Source of the DNA: Oscillospiraceae bacterium
GTDB taxonomy: Bacteria; Bacillota; Clostridia; Oscillospirales; Ruminococcaceae
Length of the DNA stretch: 29,211 bases
NCBI GenBank assembly: GCA_029240015.1
Contig: JARBTU010000001.1
Span: 1-29,211 of the forward strand
Reading direction: 5' to 3'
Below the pieces are notes generated by a model. The model made no database searches. It saw nothing but the letters and a program-made list of their open reading frames with translations, and was not told where the DNA came from. Below, piece after piece: positions 26,718-29,211 of this stretch; position 1 is the stretch's first letter, and every line of letters starts with the position of its first letter. Position numbers and translations under genes: made by a program.

Positions 26718-28126
26718 CATATGAACTCGTCTCAGGACTTGAAACCCATATAGAACTGTCCACCAAAACAAAAATATTTTGCGGCTGTACGACCGCTTTC
26801 GGCTCCGAGCCGAATACCAACTGCTGCCCGATCTGTATTGGATTGCCGGGCACCCTCCCGAAGCTGAATCACCAAGTCGTTCGATATGCCATTATGGCAG
26901 GTCTTGCGACCAACTGCCAGATTAATAATATTTCCAAAATGGACCGCAAAAACTATGTTTATCCCGACCTTTCCAAGGCATATCAAGTATCTCAGTTTGA
27001 CAAACCTCTTTGCAAAAACGGATATATCACGTTAGACAGCGGTAAAAAAATAAACATCCTGCGCATCCATATTGAAGAAGATGCAGGCAAGCTTGTCCAC
27101 GAACGCGGAGATACTTTTGTTGATTATAACCGCGGCGGTGTTCCGCTTATTGAAATCGTGACCGAGCCCGATTTCAGAAGCATTGATGAAGTAAAAGAAT
27201 ATGTTGAAAAACTCCAACTAATTATGAAATATGTTGGCGTTTCGGATTGCAAAATGCAGGAAGGTTCGCTCCGTTGCGACGTGAACATCTCTGTTCGCCC
27301 GCAAGGCGAAGAAAAGCTTGGAACAAGAACCGAAATCAAGAACATGAACTCGTTTACCTTTATGGCCAAAGCGCTTCAATACGAGTATGATCGTCAAATC
27401 GACGTGATTGAAAGCGGCGAACAAGTTATTCAGGAAACCAGAAGATATAATGATGACACCGGAGAAACCGAAAGCATGCGCGGAAAAGAAGATGCTCACG
27501 ATTATCGGTATTTCAGAGAGCCTGACCTTGTGACTATTTCAACAACGGATGAAGAGATTGAACAGATTCGTTCTTTGCTCCCTGAACTTCCTTCCGCTAA
27601 GCTTGACCGTTACATTAACGAGTACGGAATCTCTGCTACCGATGCTGCTATTATTGCGAAATACCGAAAAGTGGCGGAGTTTTTCGATGAGGCTTGTGAG
27701 GGCGTAAAAGCTCAAAAGATTGTTTCTAACTTGATTATCAGCCAGATTTTCCGCCGTTTTCCTACTGATGGTGAAAAAGAAGATTTCGAAATCTCCATTA
27801 CAGCCAAAATGCTGAATGACCTTGTTTTGCTCATAGATAACGGGAAACTCAACATGAATCTTGCAAAATCCACTCTTGAAAAAATGCTTGATACAGGCAA
27901 ACCTGTATCCGAGCTTGTTTCCGAAAAAGATTTGAGCGGTGTGGATGAAAGTGCACTTCGCCAAATTTGTGAAGAGATTGTTTCTGCTAATCCTTCTGCA
28001 GTAAGCGACTTCAAAAACGGGAAGACAAATGCCTTTAAATCTTTGATTGGCGGCGTCATGAAAGCTACAAAAGGTCGAGCGGACGCAATGCTTGCTACAA
28101 AAATTCTTGAAGAACTGATTAAGTGA
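26714..28126 (+). CDS. gatB: Asp/Glu-tRNA amidotransferase subunit B
   Basis: GLETHIEL, RKNYVYPDL, HIEEDAGK, DYNRGGVPLIEIVTEPD, MRGKEDAHDYRYF. ATGA overlap with gatA. Confidence 0.98.
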   Translation: MTYELVSGLETHIELSTKTKIFCGCTTAFGSEPNTNCCPICIGLPGTLPKLNHQVVRYAIMAGLATNCQINNISKMDRKNYVYPDLSKAYQVSQFDKPLCKNGYITLDSGKKINILRIHIEEDAGKLVHERGDTFVDYNRGGVPLIEIVTEPDFRSIDEVKEYVEKLQLIMKYVGVSDCKMQEGSLRCDVNISVRPQGEEKLGTRTEIKNMNSFTFMAKALQYEYDRQIDVIESGEQVIQETRRYNDDTGETESMRGKEDAHDYRYFREPDLVTISTTDEEIEQIRSLLPELPSAKLDRYINEYGISATDAAIIAKYRKVAEFFDEACEGVKAQKIVSNLIISQIFRRFPTDGEKEDFEISITAKMLNDLVLLIDNGKLNMNLAKSTLEKMLDTGKPVSELVSEKDLSGVDESALRQICEEIVSANPSAVSDFKNGKTNAFKSLIGGVMKATKGRADAMLATKILEELIK

Positions 28127-28134
28127 ATATATTT

Positions 28135-28179
28135 AAAAAGCCCTAAAACAGCAATTACTTGCCGTTTTAGGGCTTTTTT
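28135..28179 (+). terminator. Intrinsic terminator after gatB
   Basis: AAAAAGCCCTAAAACAGCAA-ttac-TTGCCGTTTTAGGGCTTTTT. Confidence 0.88.
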
Positions 28180-28204
28180 ATGATTAAAAACAAGTTAAAA
28201 TTGT

Positions 28205-28231
28205 AACAACAAATAAATTATACCATACTAT
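28205..28231 (+). promoter_or_regulatory. Putative mother-cell sporulation (sigma-E/sigma-K-type) promoter
   Basis: AC(28206-7)-N16-CATACTAT(28224-31) fits the sigma-K/E -10 consensus CATAnnnT. It is a short motif in AT-rich DNA. Confidence 0.45.
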
Positions 28232-28289
28232 AGAAGTAATAAAACTTGAAAAACAAGTTCTTAAAATAATACATAAAGGTGTGATAAAA

Positions 28290-29150
28290 TTGGTAATATA
28301 CACAGTAAGACCCGGAGACAGTGTTTATTCCATTGCGCGTAAATACGGCGTTTCTCCTCAGACGATAATTACCAACAACAATATCCAAAATGATCGTCGT
28401 CTTATGGTCGGGCAAGCTTTAATCGTAGATACCGGTGATGTTCGTCATCGCGTGACTGCCGGTCAAACACTTTATTCTTTAGCAAGAATGTATGGCACAA
28501 CTGTGAACAGTATTCTAGCAGCAAACCCAGGGGTTAACCCCGAAAGACTTCAAATTGGGCAAACTCTTGTGATTCCTACCGATCCTCAAGAAAAGCGAAC
28601 CATTGATGTAAATGGGTACGCTTTTCCCAATATCAACAGAGATACGTTAAATCGGACCCTTCCTAATCTTACATACTTAAGCATTTTCAGTTATCAAGTC
28701 AAACCGGACGGAAGCCTCATTCCAATCAACGATACCCCGTTAATCCAATCTGCGCGCCAGAGAGACGTAGCTCCTATGATGGTCATCACCAACATTTTGG
28801 AAGGCGGCAGTTTCAATAGTGACTTAGCCCATACGATTCTAACAAGCGAAAGTGTTCAAGACACCCTGCTTAACAATGTTCTTCAAACATTAAGAACTAA
28901 AAACTATTATGGATTAGACATTGATTTTGAGTTTATTCTTCCTGACGACCGTGAAGAATACAATAACTTTTTAAGAAAAGCTGTCAATAAACTTCGCCCA
29001 CTCGGCTATACCATTACAACCGCGCTTGCCCCAAAATTACGTGGAGATCAGCCTGGGCTTTTGTATGAGGCGCATGACTATCCTGTCCATGGAGAATTGG
29101 TCGATCATGTAATTATCATGACTTATGAATGGGGATATACTTATGTATAA
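28290..29150 (+). CDS. yaaH: YaaH/SleL-type spore cortex-lytic protein (LysM-LysM-GH18), 3'-truncated or interrupted
   Basis: Two LysM repeats (YTVRPGDSVYSIA..., HRVTAGQTLYSLA...), then GH18 TYLSIFSY, GLDIDFE (DxDxE), ALAPK, YEAHDY, MTYEWGYTY, then V-stop. Likely start TTG 28290 (AAGGTG RBS); the track start is GTG 28281. Confidence 0.88.
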   Translation: MVIYTVRPGDSVYSIARKYGVSPQTIITNNNIQNDRRLMVGQALIVDTGDVRHRVTAGQTLYSLARMYGTTVNSILAANPGVNPERLQIGQTLVIPTDPQEKRTIDVNGYAFPNINRDTLNRTLPNLTYLSIFSYQVKPDGSLIPINDTPLIQSARQRDVAPMMVITNILEGGSFNSDLAHTILTSESVQDTLLNNVLQTLRTKNYYGLDIDFEFILPDDREEYNNFLRKAVNKLRPLGYTITTALAPKLRGDQPGLLYEAHDYPVHGELVDHVIIMTYEWGYTYV

Positions 29151-29211
29151 ACATCATATAACCTATGGTCATTACAAACAAAAAGCCCCAAGGAACTTTG
29201 TAACTGCCTTT
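29145..29211. mobile_element. Putative left edge (att junction) of an element inserted in yaaH
   Basis: Family similarity ends abruptly after GYTY. The junction carries TATAC-ttat-GTATA, followed by non-coding AT-rich DNA. No recombinase gene is visible in the window. Confidence 0.4.

Overview
Low-GC chromosomal housekeeping region of a spore-forming Clostridia bacterium; gene styles suggest Oscillospiraceae/Ruminococcaceae (inference). From left to right: partial class I fumarase/tartrate dehydratase beta subunit; DivIVA-like coiled-coil protein; HAD hydrolase; rpsF-ssb-rpsR with an S6:S18 leader; galU; prokaryotic RING/zinc-ribbon membrane protein; prfB; hrcA-grpE-dnaK-dnaJ with a perfect CIRCE; phosphodiester-glycosidase + GT2/GtrA pair; fluoride riboswitch + fluc; LysM-CAP protein; ylxM-ffh-rpsP-khpA-rimM-trmD; ptsH-uvrC-HD protein-patatin; aspS-gatCAB; and a LysM-LysM-GH18 (YaaH/SleL-type) spore gene. 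The main anomalies are four. (1) The YaaH-type gene stops in mid catalytic domain at a small junction palindrome, as expected at the edge of an integrated element, possibly a skin-like developmentally excised one. (2) hrcA has an in-frame TAA in its DNA-binding domain although CIRCE is intact. (3) An ~80-nt imperfect palindrome overlaps the DivIVA-like stop codon, next to an apparent ATA start codon. (4) prfB has no programmed frameshift. No tRNA, rRNA, CRISPR array or transposase gene was seen.
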